Below are positions 36,830-46,705 of a stretch of DNA of 62,031 nt, piece after piece; the stretch's first letter is position 1; every line of letters starts with the position of its first letter. The notes under the pieces are model-generated. The model saw only the letters and a list, made by a program, of their open reading frames with translations, had not been told where the DNA came from and made no database searches. The stretch is from Candidatus Manganitrophaceae bacterium. GTDB taxonomy: Bacteria; Nitrospirota; Nitrospiria; SBBL01; JAADHI01. A program made the position numbers and the translations under genes. The stretch spans positions 1 through 62,031 of the forward strand of contig JAADHI010000108.1 in NCBI GenBank assembly GCA_013151935.1, written 5' to 3'.

Positions 36830-37585
36830 TTATCGTTTGATTTCAGCAATCATACGATTGGTGACATCAATTGCGAGAAAAAATAAATCCTGGGCTTCAT
36901 GGATATCATAGATTTTATCAGGGTGCTGGGTGGGATTTCTAAAGGCAGAGCGAATGTGATCCAAATGTTTTAGGGTATCAAGATCTGTTTTTAAGTCCCG
37001 CGTTTTTTTGAGGGTGTAAACCATGTGACCCCAGGAGGCATCCTCTTTTTCTTCGGAAAGAAAGTGGCGAAAATATTGACGGAGAATCGCTTCAATACCA
37101 CGCAAGAGATGGAAGGAGGCTGCGGTTGAACGTTCAAAGGCAATACAACGCCCCGCTTCTTTAAAATCATATTGTGCAACATCACTTAAGTGACTAAAGG
37201 TTCCTGGAGAAAAAAGCTCTTTTAAATCATTGATCAATTTTTCTGTGCTCAAGCGTTTTTCTGTTACGATGTAGGTGTAAATACCTTGGGCTTCAGCAGA
37301 AAAAGTGCCTCGAACCTCCTTAACAAGTTCTCTCATTTCCTCGGCATCATGGCTTGTCAAAACAGCAGCTTCACCTTTTTTTGATAGTTTTTCATAAAAA
37401 ACTTTGAGTTTTTTGGAAGCACGGCTTGTGACATGCATCTCTAAGGTTTCGAGGGTATCTAAAAAACGTTTGATATTTTCCAGTACAAAACTTTCACCAT
37501 GAAGAGGCCGCCCCTTTGTCGCCTCCTGTAAATACCGAAAACCCGTGCCAATTTTGATATATGACCAGACATTGATCGCTTTCAT
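36830..37585 (-). CDS. All-helical protein with a C-terminal HEPN-like domain carrying an Rx4H motif
   Basis: AQYDFKEAGRCIAFERSTAASFHLLRGIEAILRQY ... HLDHIRSAFRNPTQHP. The RNPTQH motif is encoded at 36923-36940. Confidence 0.55.
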   Translation of the reverse strand: MKAINVWSYIKIGTGFRYLQEATKGRPLHGESFVLENIKRFLDTLETLEMHVTSRASKKLKVFYEKLSKKGEAAVLTSHDAEEMRELVKEVRGTFSAEAQGIYTYIVTEKRLSTEKLINDLKELFSPGTFSHLSDVAQYDFKEAGRCIAFERSTAASFHLLRGIEAILRQYFRHFLSEEKEDASWGHMVYTLKKTRDLKTDLDTLKHLDHIRSAFRNPTQHPDKIYDIHEAQDLFFLAIDVTNRMIAEIKR

Positions 37586-37617
37586 GAGTTCATCCTATCC
37601 ATTAGGTTTGAGCAGCC

Positions 37618-38802
37618 TTATGAAAGATTCACAGAAATACATTCCGCCGCATGTTTTGCACAAGACACCGCCTCTTCCGAGCTTTCAGCTGAAGCTAAGG
37701 CAATGCCCAAACGGCGACAACCATTGATTTCAGGTTTTCCAAAAAGCCGAATTTGAGTGTTCGGAACCGCAAGGGCTTTTTCAAGTCCATCGTATGAAAT
37801 TTCGGATGAGACACCCTCGCCTAAAATTACGGCAGAAGCGCTTGGCCTAAGCGTCTCAATTCTTCCAATGGGCAAACCCAAAATCGCACGCACGTGCAAA
37901 GCAAATTCAGATAAATTCTGAGAGATCAGTGTCACCATGCCCGTATCATGTGGGCGCGGAGAGACTTCACTAAAATAAACTTGATCGCCTTTAATAAAGA
38001 ATTCCACACCATATATCCCCCGACCGGAGAGGTTCTCGACCACAGTACGCGCAATATCCTGCGCCAGTTTTAGCGTTTCGACTGTCATCGCCTGGGGTTG
38101 CCAGGACTCGCGATAATCACCCGCTTCTTGCCTGTGACCGATAGGGTCACAAAAATGAATGCCATCCACGGCTTTGATTGTGAGCAGGGTGATTTCGTAA
38201 TCAAAGGGAATCAATGTTTCAATAATCACACGGCCCGCCCCCGCCCGTCCCCCCGCTTGTGCATATTGCCAGGATTTTTCAATATCATTTTCTGATCGCA
38301 CGACGCTCTGGCCTTTCCCGGAAGAGCTCATCACAGGTTTGACGACACAAGGTCGTCCGATTTCTGCAACAGCGCGACGATACTCAAGCTCTGTTTCTGC
38401 AAATCGATAGTCGGAGGTCGGTAATTTTAAGGTTTCGGTCGCCAGCCGGCGGATGCCTTCTCTGTCCATCGTCAAATGTGTGGCCCGCGCGGTCGGCACA
38501 ATATGAAACCCTTCTTTTTCAAGTGCCAATAATTCATCTGTTGCAATGGCTTCTATTTCTGGCACAACATAATGAGGTTGTTCTTTTTCGATGATTTTGC
38601 GTAGGGCCTTGCCATCCAACATATCAATGACGTAAGCACGGTGCGCGACTTGCATCGCGGGTGCATCCACGTAGCGATCCACTGCAATCACTTCTATGCC
38701 CAGCCTTTGAAATTCGATAGACAATTCTTTGCCCAGTTCTCCCGCACCACAAAGCAATACCCGTGTTGCCTTGGATTTTAAAGGCGTTCCAATCTTAATC
38801 AT
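37618..38802 (-). CDS. purT: Formate-dependent phosphoribosylglycinamide formyltransferase
   Basis: 394-aa ATP-grasp protein with the N terminus [14 protein letters not shown], matching PurT throughout. Confidence 0.92.
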   Translation of the reverse strand: MIKIGTPLKSKATRVLLCGAGELGKELSIEFQRLGIEVIAVDRYVDAPAMQVAHRAYVIDMLDGKALRKIIEKEQPHYVVPEIEAIATDELLALEKEGFHIVPTARATHLTMDREGIRRLATETLKLPTSDYRFAETELEYRRAVAEIGRPCVVKPVMSSSGKGQSVVRSENDIEKSWQYAQAGGRAGAGRVIIETLIPFDYEITLLTIKAVDGIHFCDPIGHRQEAGDYRESWQPQAMTVETLKLAQDIARTVVENLSGRGIYGVEFFIKGDQVYFSEVSPRPHDTGMVTLISQNLSEFALHVRAILGLPIGRIETLRPSASAVILGEGVSSEISYDGLEKALAVPNTQIRLFGKPEINGCRRLGIALASAESSEEAVSCAKHAAECISVNLS

Positions 38803-38804
38803 TT

Positions 38805-39245
38805 TCAGGCCTTCGTCACGTATTTTAAGATTTCAACAACTTGCATTGGTGTTTTTGCCCAGGCCATTGCAGCCGCATCGACTTCCTTGAGTGGATGAAT
38901 CGTTTTTTCGTCATGCAAGGTAATATAGGGTTTGTCCAAGGCGGCACAATAGCCTGCATCAAAGGCGGCATTCCACTGTTTGTATTTGTCCCCAAAACAG
39001 ATGACAACGAGATCGCTTTCTTCGATAGCGATCTTTGTGCGAATACGGTTTATTTTTGCACTTTGGTGATCACGCCAAAAAACATTTGGGTTTTCGCCCA
39101 GCACATCGCCCGCAGAATCACTCGCTTCATGATCCGTTACGGCAGAGACAAAACGAATGCTGAGGTTGTTTTCTTTGGCTCCTTTTTTTATTTGATCGCG
39201 CCAGTCGGAGTGAATTTCTCCTGACAAATAAACGATTATTTCCAC
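38805..39245 (-). CDS. ytoQ: YtoQ family protein (nucleoside 2-deoxyribosyltransferase-like fold)
   Basis: [13 protein letters not shown]...[21 protein letters not shown] are typical of YtoQ. Confidence 0.8.
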   Translation of the reverse strand: MEIIVYLSGEIHSDWRDQIKKGAKENNLSIRFVSAVTDHEASDSAGDVLGENPNVFWRDHQSAKINRIRTKIAIEESDLVVICFGDKYKQWNAAFDAGYCAALDKPYITLHDEKTIHPLKEVDAAAMAWAKTPMQVVEILKYVTKA

Positions 39246-39247
39246 GT

Positions 39248-40081
39248 TCAGTCTCCTATTAAACGAAGCCCTGTCGCCTCTATGGTAATGACTTTCTTTT
39301 TATAGAGTGCGCCCACCGCTTTTTTAAAGGTTTTTTTACTGATGCCAAAACGTTTAGCGATGAGTTCTGGCGGGCTTTTATCGGTCAGTGGGATAAATCC
39401 ATTTTCTGCTTTAATTTCATCTAGTATGATCTCTGTAATATCCTTTACTTTTTCATACCCCTGTTTTTGTAGGGTCAGATCAATTTTTTGATCCCTTCTG
39501 ACTTTTTTGATAAATCCTTGCAGGCGCTGTCCTTTTTTCAAGGTTTGGAAAAGATCATCAGCATAAAGCACACCCCAGTTTTTATGATTCACAATGGCTT
39601 TATACCCCAGATCCGTTGGCCCCCAAATCAACAAATCCACGACTTCCCCCGTTTTGTAATGGGGCACATTTTGATTAAAAAACCGATCTAGTTTTGCGGA
39701 GGCTGCGAGGCGACCACTCTCATCCAAATAAACACGGACGAAATAAGACACACCCACTTTCATAGGAACATTTTGTTGAGAAAAAGATACACGCAAATCC
39801 TTGAGTAAACCCCAGTCCAAAAAAGCACCTTGTGCATTAAGGGCAACAACCTTCAAATGAGCACACTCTTCTAGCATCGCCAAAGGTTTTTCTGTCGTCG
39901 CAATGAGGCGATCCTCAGAATCAAAATAAATAAAACATTCGAGATTGTCGCCAACTTCACAGTCATCCGGCACATAACGGTCAGGCATGAGGATTTCGCC
40001 CTCTGCCCCGCCATCAAGGTAGATCCCGAAATCGACCTCTTTTACAACCCTTAATATATTGTGTTTTCCGATCTGAGCCAT
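39248..40081 (-). CDS. cvfB: S1-like RNA-binding protein, CvfB/YitL family
   Basis: 277 aa with three S1-like barrels and a C-terminal winged helix (..ISKKTFKKAVGALYKKKVI..). Confidence 0.8.
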   Translation of the reverse strand: MAQIGKHNILRVVKEVDFGIYLDGGAEGEILMPDRYVPDDCEVGDNLECFIYFDSEDRLIATTEKPLAMLEECAHLKVVALNAQGAFLDWGLLKDLRVSFSQQNVPMKVGVSYFVRVYLDESGRLAASAKLDRFFNQNVPHYKTGEVVDLLIWGPTDLGYKAIVNHKNWGVLYADDLFQTLKKGQRLQGFIKKVRRDQKIDLTLQKQGYEKVKDITEIILDEIKAENGFIPLTDKSPPELIAKRFGISKKTFKKAVGALYKKKVITIEATGLRLIGD

Positions 40082-40403
40082 TTTATATTTTCCTCATCAT
40101 TTCGGAAGTTTTCTCGGAGCCGACCATGGCCGACAGGTAAAAACCTTACCCTATTTCTAATTTTAAGAGATTATTCTATAATGCCGCATCAAACTACGAC
40201 AAATAAGATATCGGATTATACGTCAAAAAATGTGTTTTTTACCATCTTCTGCGATGGGATTCCATGCAGATTTTTTTCCCAATGCTACAATTAACACAAA
40301 TATCGTTTGACCCAATCAGATACCCAATAAAAACGGACACCGAAGAACCCTAGCTCAGCATGAGACATGCCCGTCTAGAACATGGGTGTGTGCTACGCCG
40401 CTT

Positions 40404-41087
40404 ATGAAAATATGGGAAAAACATCGTAAACGACAGTGGATTGGCTTTTATTCTGGAGGCTATCTTGCTGCTTTTTTGACGGTGATTAGCTTTTCTGGCC
40501 TTTTTATGGATTTTAATGAAAAAGGCCCAATGAATGTGGGTCATGAGAACATTTCTTGCGACGATTGTCATCAAAAAGCACCCGGTACACTACGACAACA
40601 ATTGCAGGCCAAGGTCAGCTATCTGCTAGAAGCACGTCAAACTGACGCCGTTTTTGGACACCTTCCCGTTTCAAATCAAGACTGCCTTTTTTGCCATGAA
40701 CGTGCAAACGACCCACATCCGGTTTACCGATTTATCGAACCGAGGTTTGTCGAAAAACGAAAAAAAATTAAAGCACAATACTGCAGCACATGCCATAAAG
40801 AACACACAGGCCTACGCATCACAAACGATACGCAGTTTTGCCAATACTGTCACGAAAAACTTTCAATCAAAAAGGATCCGATAGACATCCCACACACACA
40901 ACTGATCAAAGATAAAAAATGGACGAGCTGTCTGGGGTGCCACGATTATCATGGCAATCACATTTATACATCACCACACAAAACCTCCGACATGATTCCA
41001 GAAGAGGAACTCATTCGTTATTTTAAGGGTCTCTCCTCACCTTATCCCAAAGAGAAAAAAAATGAGCCCCTCAAAAGAAGGCACTAA
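40404..41087 (+). CDS. Membrane-anchored pentahaem c-type cytochrome
   Basis: N-terminal TM helix, then CDDCH, CLFCH, CSTCH, CQYCH and CLGCH. The ORF track starts at GTG 40386. Confidence 0.8.
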   Translation: MKIWEKHRKRQWIGFYSGGYLAAFLTVISFSGLFMDFNEKGPMNVGHENISCDDCHQKAPGTLRQQLQAKVSYLLEARQTDAVFGHLPVSNQDCLFCHERANDPHPVYRFIEPRFVEKRKKIKAQYCSTCHKEHTGLRITNDTQFCQYCHEKLSIKKDPIDIPHTQLIKDKKWTSCLGCHDYHGNHIYTSPHKTSDMIPEEELIRYFKGLSSPYPKEKKNEPLKRRH

Positions 41088-41913
41088 AACTTTTCCCTTA
41101 AAACTCCATTTTTTATTAGGCTGGCTCGCCCTCATTGTCTATTTATTCGTAAGCGCGCCAGCTCCCCTATATGATGACACTCAGGAGCAAAAAATAAAAC
41201 ACATCCCGATCAACCAGCTCTTTGTATTGTTGCAGGAGGAAAATAATACCATCCGAAAACTCTGGACAAAGGAAATTCTCGGTGCAGGAAAAAAACAAGG
41301 ATTGAAATTTAGTGAAGATTGGCAGGACAGGGATGTCGAAGCAGGCCCATTGCCCGCCCTATTTTTAAGAGAAATCGCCACACGCTTAGAGAAAAATGCC
41401 CTGCCACTCAGTTTATTTTTGGGCTCGGATGCGCCCATTAACAAAGCAAATGCATTTGACGCCGAGCAATTGGAAAAATTCAAACGGATTAAAGAAGACA
41501 GGAAAGCACAGTTTTTTTATGCGGCCGATATTGCACGTCATATCGGCATGTTTCCTGATATCGCTTCCGTCTCACCCTGTATTAGCTGTCACAACGAACA
41601 CAAAGACAGCCCGAAAACAGATTGGAAACTGCTTGATGTCATGGGGGCCACAACCTGGCTCTATCCAAAAGATACGATCAGTATCACAGAAGCGCTGACG
41701 ATTCTTTCGGTATTACGCGAAAAATTCAAAGAAACCTATGCGGCCTATCTGACAAAGGTTCAATCTTTCTCAAATCCTCCAAAAATAAATGAAAAATGGC
41801 CCAGAGAAGGTTATTTTCTCCCCACGACAGAGGTCTTTATGCATACCTTTGAAACGGAGGCTTCGATGTCAACACTGCTCAGCCTCTTGCAAATTGCAAA
41901 ACATGAACAATAA
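41062..41913 (+). CDS. Monohaem c-type protein, DUF3365/Tll0287-like
   Basis: TM helix, a PLPALFLREIA.. segment, a single CISCH motif and ..GATTWLYPKD. Overlaps the upstream gene by 26 nt. Confidence 0.65.
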   Translation: MSPSKEGTKTFPLKLHFLLGWLALIVYLFVSAPAPLYDDTQEQKIKHIPINQLFVLLQEENNTIRKLWTKEILGAGKKQGLKFSEDWQDRDVEAGPLPALFLREIATRLEKNALPLSLFLGSDAPINKANAFDAEQLEKFKRIKEDRKAQFFYAADIARHIGMFPDIASVSPCISCHNEHKDSPKTDWKLLDVMGATTWLYPKDTISITEALTILSVLREKFKETYAAYLTKVQSFSNPPKINEKWPREGYFLPTTEVFMHTFETEASMSTLLSLLQIAKHEQ

Positions 41914-42379
41914 AATCTACATTATTTTAAACATCCTGGCAGTCTTCTTATATTGGCTGCAATTTTTTGCAGGATGGTCTTGGCCCTGGCTTGAAATACG
42001 CCAGGACTTAACAGGGTTTAAGCAAAGTACAGGGTTTGCAATCTTTGTTTTTCTTTTTTTTCAAAATGTCTTGTTTATTGCACGAAGTAAATTGTCATGG
42101 AAAAATCATCATAAGCTAATTTATCAGCTTCACTTCAGGAGCAGTATTTTTTCCATCCCCCTGCTTTATCTGCATACCACGAAAATGGGATACCAATACA
42201 CTTTTTTGTTTTCCTTGGCTTATACGCTAAATGTCTTGATCGCAAGCTTTGCTCCAAAACCCTTCAATGTTCAAAACAAACACTATAAATTTTATTGGAT
42301 GGTCATCCATGTCGCACTTTCCACATTTATTTCATTTTTCATTTTTTATCATATTTTCATCACCTTTTATTTCAACTGA
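41903..42379 (+). CDS. Small 5-TM membrane protein with two H-x13-H pairs (putative dihaem b-type cytochrome, ferric-reductase-domain-like)
   Basis: ATG at 41903 (MNNKIYIILNILAV..). HFRSSIFSIPLLYLH and HVALSTFISFFIFYH lie on separate predicted helices. 11-nt overlap with the upstream gene. Confidence 0.6.
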   Translation: MNNKIYIILNILAVFLYWLQFFAGWSWPWLEIRQDLTGFKQSTGFAIFVFLFFQNVLFIARSKLSWKNHHKLIYQLHFRSSIFSIPLLYLHTTKMGYQYTFLFSLAYTLNVLIASFAPKPFNVQNKHYKFYWMVIHVALSTFISFFIFYHIFITFYFN

Positions 42380-42500
42380 GAAATCAGAAACCTTAGGAAC
42401 AGAGAGATTCATTTTTGAAAAATATAAGATGTCTTCTAGATTGATCTTCCTAAGACTTTCCCTATAAAATGCAGCCCACTCAAAATAAGAGAAACCATTG

Positions 42501-43646
42501 ATGTCAAAACCTGAACTCGTTCACATTATTCGAGAAAAAATCACTCAAGATGGACCAATTCCCTTTGCAGACTTTATGGCATTTGCCCTTTATCATCCGA
42601 AATATGGCTATTACAGCTCTCCCGGAGAAAAAATTGGCTGGGAGGGAGATTTTTATACCAGTACTAACGTCCATCCTATTTTTGGCACACTGATCGCTAG
42701 ACAAATCATCCAAATGGCGGAGGCCTTTGTAGATGATCCCTTTACCATTGTCGAAGTGGGTGCAGGTCTGGGAACACTTTGCCGCGATATCCTGGTCACC
42801 ATCGCCAAAGAAAACCCCGTTTGTTACGAACACTGCCGTTATATGATCATCGAAAAAAGTGGTTTTTTAAAAGAAAAACAAAAAAAACGTCTTAATCCAC
42901 TTTTCCCAGGTCATATTTCCTGGTCGAATCAGATCCCCAAAAACCTTGTGGGTATTGTACTATCAAACGAACTACTGGATGCATTTCCCGTTCACCGCCT
43001 CACACTTGGAGAAGGAAAAGTACAAGAAATTTATGTGGATTGGGAAAAGGATACTTTTGTCGAACGCTTACAAAAACCTTGCAAACCGGCGCTTACAGCC
43101 TATGTAGAGGAAGTCGGACTTCCACTTGATAAAACCTATCAATTAGAAATCAATCTCAGCTCACGTGACTGGATCTCCTCCGTCGGAGAAGCCCTTTCAA
43201 AAGGCTTTGTCCTCACCATTGATTATGGCTTTCCGGTGGAAGCGCTTTACCATCCTCGGAAACCGAATGGCACATTTCTCTGTTATCACAAACATAAAAC
43301 AAATGAAGACCCCTACCAACACATTGGGGAGCAAGATATGACAGCCCATATTGATTTTAGTGCGATTATTACGAGTGGTGAAAAAGTGGGCTTGAAACCT
43401 TGCGGGCTGACGAATCAGATGCACTTTCTCATGGGTTTAGGCATTACGCAGGCCATGGAAGCTTCCGGCCAAAAAATGCACACTTGCAAAGAAGCGGAAA
43501 AAGAGTTTTTAGCCATGAAACAACTGATGAACCCCAATGGCATGGGTAAAATTTTCAAAGTGTTGATTCAATCAAAAAAAATTCCCGATGAGATCAAACT
43601 CGACGGTCTGCAATTTAAGGCTTTTGGAGAGATCCATCTACCTTAG
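42501..43646 (+). CDS. Class I SAM-dependent methyltransferase, MidA/NDUFAF7 (DUF185) family
   Basis: PIPFADFMAFALYHPKYGYY.., VEVGAGLGTL and SNELLDAFPVH are the family hallmarks. Confidence 0.85.
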   Translation: MSKPELVHIIREKITQDGPIPFADFMAFALYHPKYGYYSSPGEKIGWEGDFYTSTNVHPIFGTLIARQIIQMAEAFVDDPFTIVEVGAGLGTLCRDILVTIAKENPVCYEHCRYMIIEKSGFLKEKQKKRLNPLFPGHISWSNQIPKNLVGIVLSNELLDAFPVHRLTLGEGKVQEIYVDWEKDTFVERLQKPCKPALTAYVEEVGLPLDKTYQLEINLSSRDWISSVGEALSKGFVLTIDYGFPVEALYHPRKPNGTFLCYHKHKTNEDPYQHIGEQDMTAHIDFSAIITSGEKVGLKPCGLTNQMHFLMGLGITQAMEASGQKMHTCKEAEKEFLAMKQLMNPNGMGKIFKVLIQSKKIPDEIKLDGLQFKAFGEIHLP

Positions 43647-44129
43647 GTCTCCTGGCATGAGGATCAACGCTTCTCCTTCGGAGCGCTTAAATGCGCTGTT
43701 ACTGGATTTTAATTTTTCTCTTGTGAGTACCCCTGCTGCTCCATAAGGGATGGCGATACTTTTGGTGCTTGTACTTCGCATTGTCTCTGTCGTGGCAAAA
43801 ACAGAAAGATAACCGATTTCAGGATCGGTCAGTTGAATTTCGATCTCAAGATCGCGCCGCTCACCTTTTTTAAGATCAAAAAAGAAGGTTTCTTTCTTTT
43901 TTGAAAGCAACTTTAAACCCCGATAGGGTTCAAGCGAAATTTTGAGTACTTCAAGATCTGTTTGCGCAATAAAATAGATCACCGTCGAAACAGTATCACC
44001 CGTCTGAACCGTTTTAGGAACGGTGTATTCTATCGTGACCGGAGCTGTCGTTTTTGCCTCAAGTACAGTGGGGACAAGACATAAAAATATGAAATAAATA
44101 AACAAAGTTATTGTTGCTGTTTCTCTCAT
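43638..44129 (-). CDS. Secreted hypothetical protein (Ig-like beta-sandwich suspected)
   Basis: Signal peptide and a beta-rich 163-aa ORF, 26 nt downstream of the metalloprotease gene. Confidence 0.5.
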   Translation of the reverse strand: MRETATITLFIYFIFLCLVPTVLEAKTTAPVTIEYTVPKTVQTGDTVSTVIYFIAQTDLEVLKISLEPYRGLKLLSKKKETFFFDLKKGERRDLEIEIQLTDPEIGYLSVFATTETMRSTSTKSIAIPYGAAGVLTREKLKSSNSAFKRSEGEALILMPGDLR

Positions 44130-44155
44130 AACAACACCTCAATCGAAATAGATCC

Positions 44156-45763
44156 TTAAAAAATTCTGACCGTAAATGCAGTCGCCTTTCCAAAACTATA
44201 AATGTCCATACTATAAAGACTTGGACTGAGTGATTTTATTAAACGTTCTGTCCCTCCACCATTTAAGCTGTCAACGAATGTTTTACTCCCCTTTTCATTT
44301 AGCGTGAAACCAACATCGTCACTCCCGACAGAGCTCACTTCAATGGTATAATTTCTGCTCGCTGGAATAGAGAATCGGAAAAACATGCGATTATAGAGTT
44401 TGTTGCCAGGGTTGCTGGCTGTGATCGGGCCATAAATAGACCATGTCTGTAAGGGAACTCCATCAACATCAAGGAGAAGGGGGGTGCCATCAACAGGAAT
44501 AGTTGTATAGATACGACGGCCTAGGCCTAAGTCTTCAAATTCATCTTCATTTCCGGCCCCGCTTCCAATATTTTCTCCAGCCGCCAATGCGGTAATATCT
44601 GCGCTTATGCCAAGGTTTGTATCTTTTAAGTATTTTAGAAAACTAAAAATTGAGGTGAAAGCGGGGGTTGTTTTTTGCCCACCGACCATCACGTCATAAA
44701 TAGGCTTAAATCCGAGGCCGATGTTGTCATCATCAGAAACCCCTGAATCAAACAGATCGTAGAGCACTTCCTGAACAGAGAACTCGGAATAAAATCCATC
44801 CAAAAATATGCCACCGTTCAAACGAGTGCCATCGATTACAGAATCCGCGTCAAGATTCATGCCGACCCCCACGCTTTCTTGAGAAGCCCCTACAGTATCG
44901 ATGTACAGAGGATCATTCAAAACCATGCCTGAGAAGGCATTGCCAAAACCTTCTCCAAAAGCAAGACGTGGATCAAGAATGTCATCCGTGCCATGGCTGC
45001 CTCCGATGCTATCGGTTCTACTTAAGTTGTCTTCAAAATAATGGCTCCACTCATGAGTAATGATGCTGGCATCGTATTCGTCTGTATCAATATTTTCTGC
45101 ACCTAGAATATAAAGCTCGTTGGCCGTGTAATGGGAGGTTGTTATTTGCCCAAGCGTTTTGTCACCTGATGCTGGAATGTTGTTTTTGCTCCAGTTGACC
45201 GTAAGGCCAGGAAAGGTCGCCGTGGCATCCACACTTAAAACCAATTGTTCTGCTTGATAGATACTATCGAGTATCGCAAAGGGTGCCGATGTTCTCAGGC
45301 CAGCATAACTTGAACCATCCCAACCAGAATTGGCATTAAAATTTTGAGTGAGGTTGCTCGTCCCGCTTGTGATATTTAAGGCGAGTGCATAAAGTTTTCC
45401 ACCATCAGTGTTATCGACAACCCTTAGACGTGGCGTTCCCGGCGTTCCAAACGCAGCCTTGATCACGATACTTAAGGCAGCACTGGCTGGCGCACTAAAA
45501 GAATAAGCCCCCGTTGCACTCGTATTTCCAGATTGCAGTACGACCCCACTCGAATTTCTCAACTCAGCAATGGCCCCTCTAATGGGTTTTTCTATTGGAT
45601 TGTTATAATCAATGCCGTCTTGAGTCGTTTTATAGTGTGTATAGGTCACAAGACCTGAAACCGTCACAATCTCTCCCGGATTAGTGACGCCTCCATTCCC
45701 GCCGCCATTACAATTCGAAAAAATAAAAACACTGACGACACACAAAATAAGCCGTTTAAACAT
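44156..45763 (-). CDS. Secreted gluzincin-type metalloprotease lipoprotein with a C-terminal pre-peptidase-like beta domain
   Basis: Lipobox FSNC and HEWSHY followed 29 residues after its second His by the EGFGNAF glutamate (HExxH...E). Confidence 0.7.
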   Translation of the reverse strand: MFKRLILCVVSVFIFSNCNGGGNGGVTNPGEIVTVSGLVTYTHYKTTQDGIDYNNPIEKPIRGAIAELRNSSGVVLQSGNTSATGAYSFSAPASAALSIVIKAAFGTPGTPRLRVVDNTDGGKLYALALNITSGTSNLTQNFNANSGWDGSSYAGLRTSAPFAILDSIYQAEQLVLSVDATATFPGLTVNWSKNNIPASGDKTLGQITTSHYTANELYILGAENIDTDEYDASIITHEWSHYFEDNLSRTDSIGGSHGTDDILDPRLAFGEGFGNAFSGMVLNDPLYIDTVGASQESVGVGMNLDADSVIDGTRLNGGIFLDGFYSEFSVQEVLYDLFDSGVSDDDNIGLGFKPIYDVMVGGQKTTPAFTSIFSFLKYLKDTNLGISADITALAAGENIGSGAGNEDEFEDLGLGRRIYTTIPVDGTPLLLDVDGVPLQTWSIYGPITASNPGNKLYNRMFFRFSIPASRNYTIEVSSVGSDDVGFTLNEKGSKTFVDSLNGGGTERLIKSLSPSLYSMDIYSFGKATAFTVRIF

Positions 45764-45846
45764 TGTCTCCCTCTAAAAAATAATTCTCATAACACGATTC
45801 GGGATCTAAGTCCCGCTAAATGAGGATAACAAATAAAGTAGATGGG

Positions 45847-45875
45847 ATTTTAAATCAAAAGTCTTTATTGATCAA
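45847..45875 (-). promoter_or_regulatory. Candidate sigma70 promoter for the metalloprotease operon
   Basis: The minus strand reads TTGATC-17 nt-TAAAAT, about 85 nt upstream of the start at 45763. Confidence 0.4.
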
Positions 45876-45955
45876 ATATTCAGTCTGAACGACTAGGTAT
45901 TGAAGCAGATGCACGGGTAAAGTTTGGGGATCAAGTGTTTTTTTTAGAACCCGTG

Positions 45956-46702
45956 CTAAAACGGCCAGATAAAATCGAGAATACGCACAAACCATCCGGG
46001 TCTTTGTTTGTCACTGACGACGCCTGTGCCAGAGTACTCGATTTTTGCATCTGCAATGACGGTTGAAAATACAGTGTTCCCTTGTAACACATCTTCTGGT
46101 CGCACAATGCCACTGACGGAGAGATATTCCTTTTCATTATTGATCAGGACCTCGCGCTCCCCTTTAATCATCATATTTCCATTCGGATAAACGGCAACAA
46201 CGATGGCTGTCACATCCGCCGTAAGACTGCCGCTACGTGTGGTCGTGCCATCCCCGTCAAAAGAATTTTGAAAATCACCCGTGGCCCCTAAATTAGTCAA
46301 GGTATTTGCGGGTAATCCAAAAAAAGGTGTCGCACTCGCCGCCAAATTTGAAGTCCGTGAGGTTGAGGTGCCTGCTGCTTTTGAACCACTCGCATTTTCA
46401 ACGACACGCACGGTCACAATATCACCCACGTGGCTTGCTTTTGCATCTTGAAAAAAGAAGTTGCGACTTTGGTTTTCATTCCAAAGTGAGCCTTTTGTAT
46501 CTTTTTCTGTGGTATCCAGATTTAGCTTCATTAAGACGAGCGGTTTAAGGGGCATCTTTTCTGAAGTAGAAATCTGCTTTTTCAAACGCGATTCTTTATT
46601 GCTCACTTTGGTCAAACCTTTTACAGCACAAGCACTCAAAAGATTTGAAAAGACCAAAATAATGATGAATATTTGAGATCTAAGGGTTAAATGTTTGAGC
46701 AT
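45956..46702 (-). CDS. flgH: Flagellar L-ring lipoprotein
   Basis: Lipobox LLSAC and GDIVTVRVVENASGSKAA..; FlgH-like throughout. Confidence 0.9.
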   Translation of the reverse strand: MLKHLTLRSQIFIIILVFSNLLSACAVKGLTKVSNKESRLKKQISTSEKMPLKPLVLMKLNLDTTEKDTKGSLWNENQSRNFFFQDAKASHVGDIVTVRVVENASGSKAAGTSTSRTSNLAASATPFFGLPANTLTNLGATGDFQNSFDGDGTTTRSGSLTADVTAIVVAVYPNGNMMIKGEREVLINNEKEYLSVSGIVRPEDVLQGNTVFSTVIADAKIEYSGTGVVSDKQRPGWFVRILDFIWPF

Positions 46703-46705
46703 CCG

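Noticed and set aside
40348-40375. CCCTAGCTCAGCATGAGAC resembles the tRNA D-arm consensus (TAGCTCAG).
   Set aside because: There is no acceptor stem, anticodon arm or GTTCGAATC-type T-arm nearby. It lies just upstream of the cytochrome gene start.
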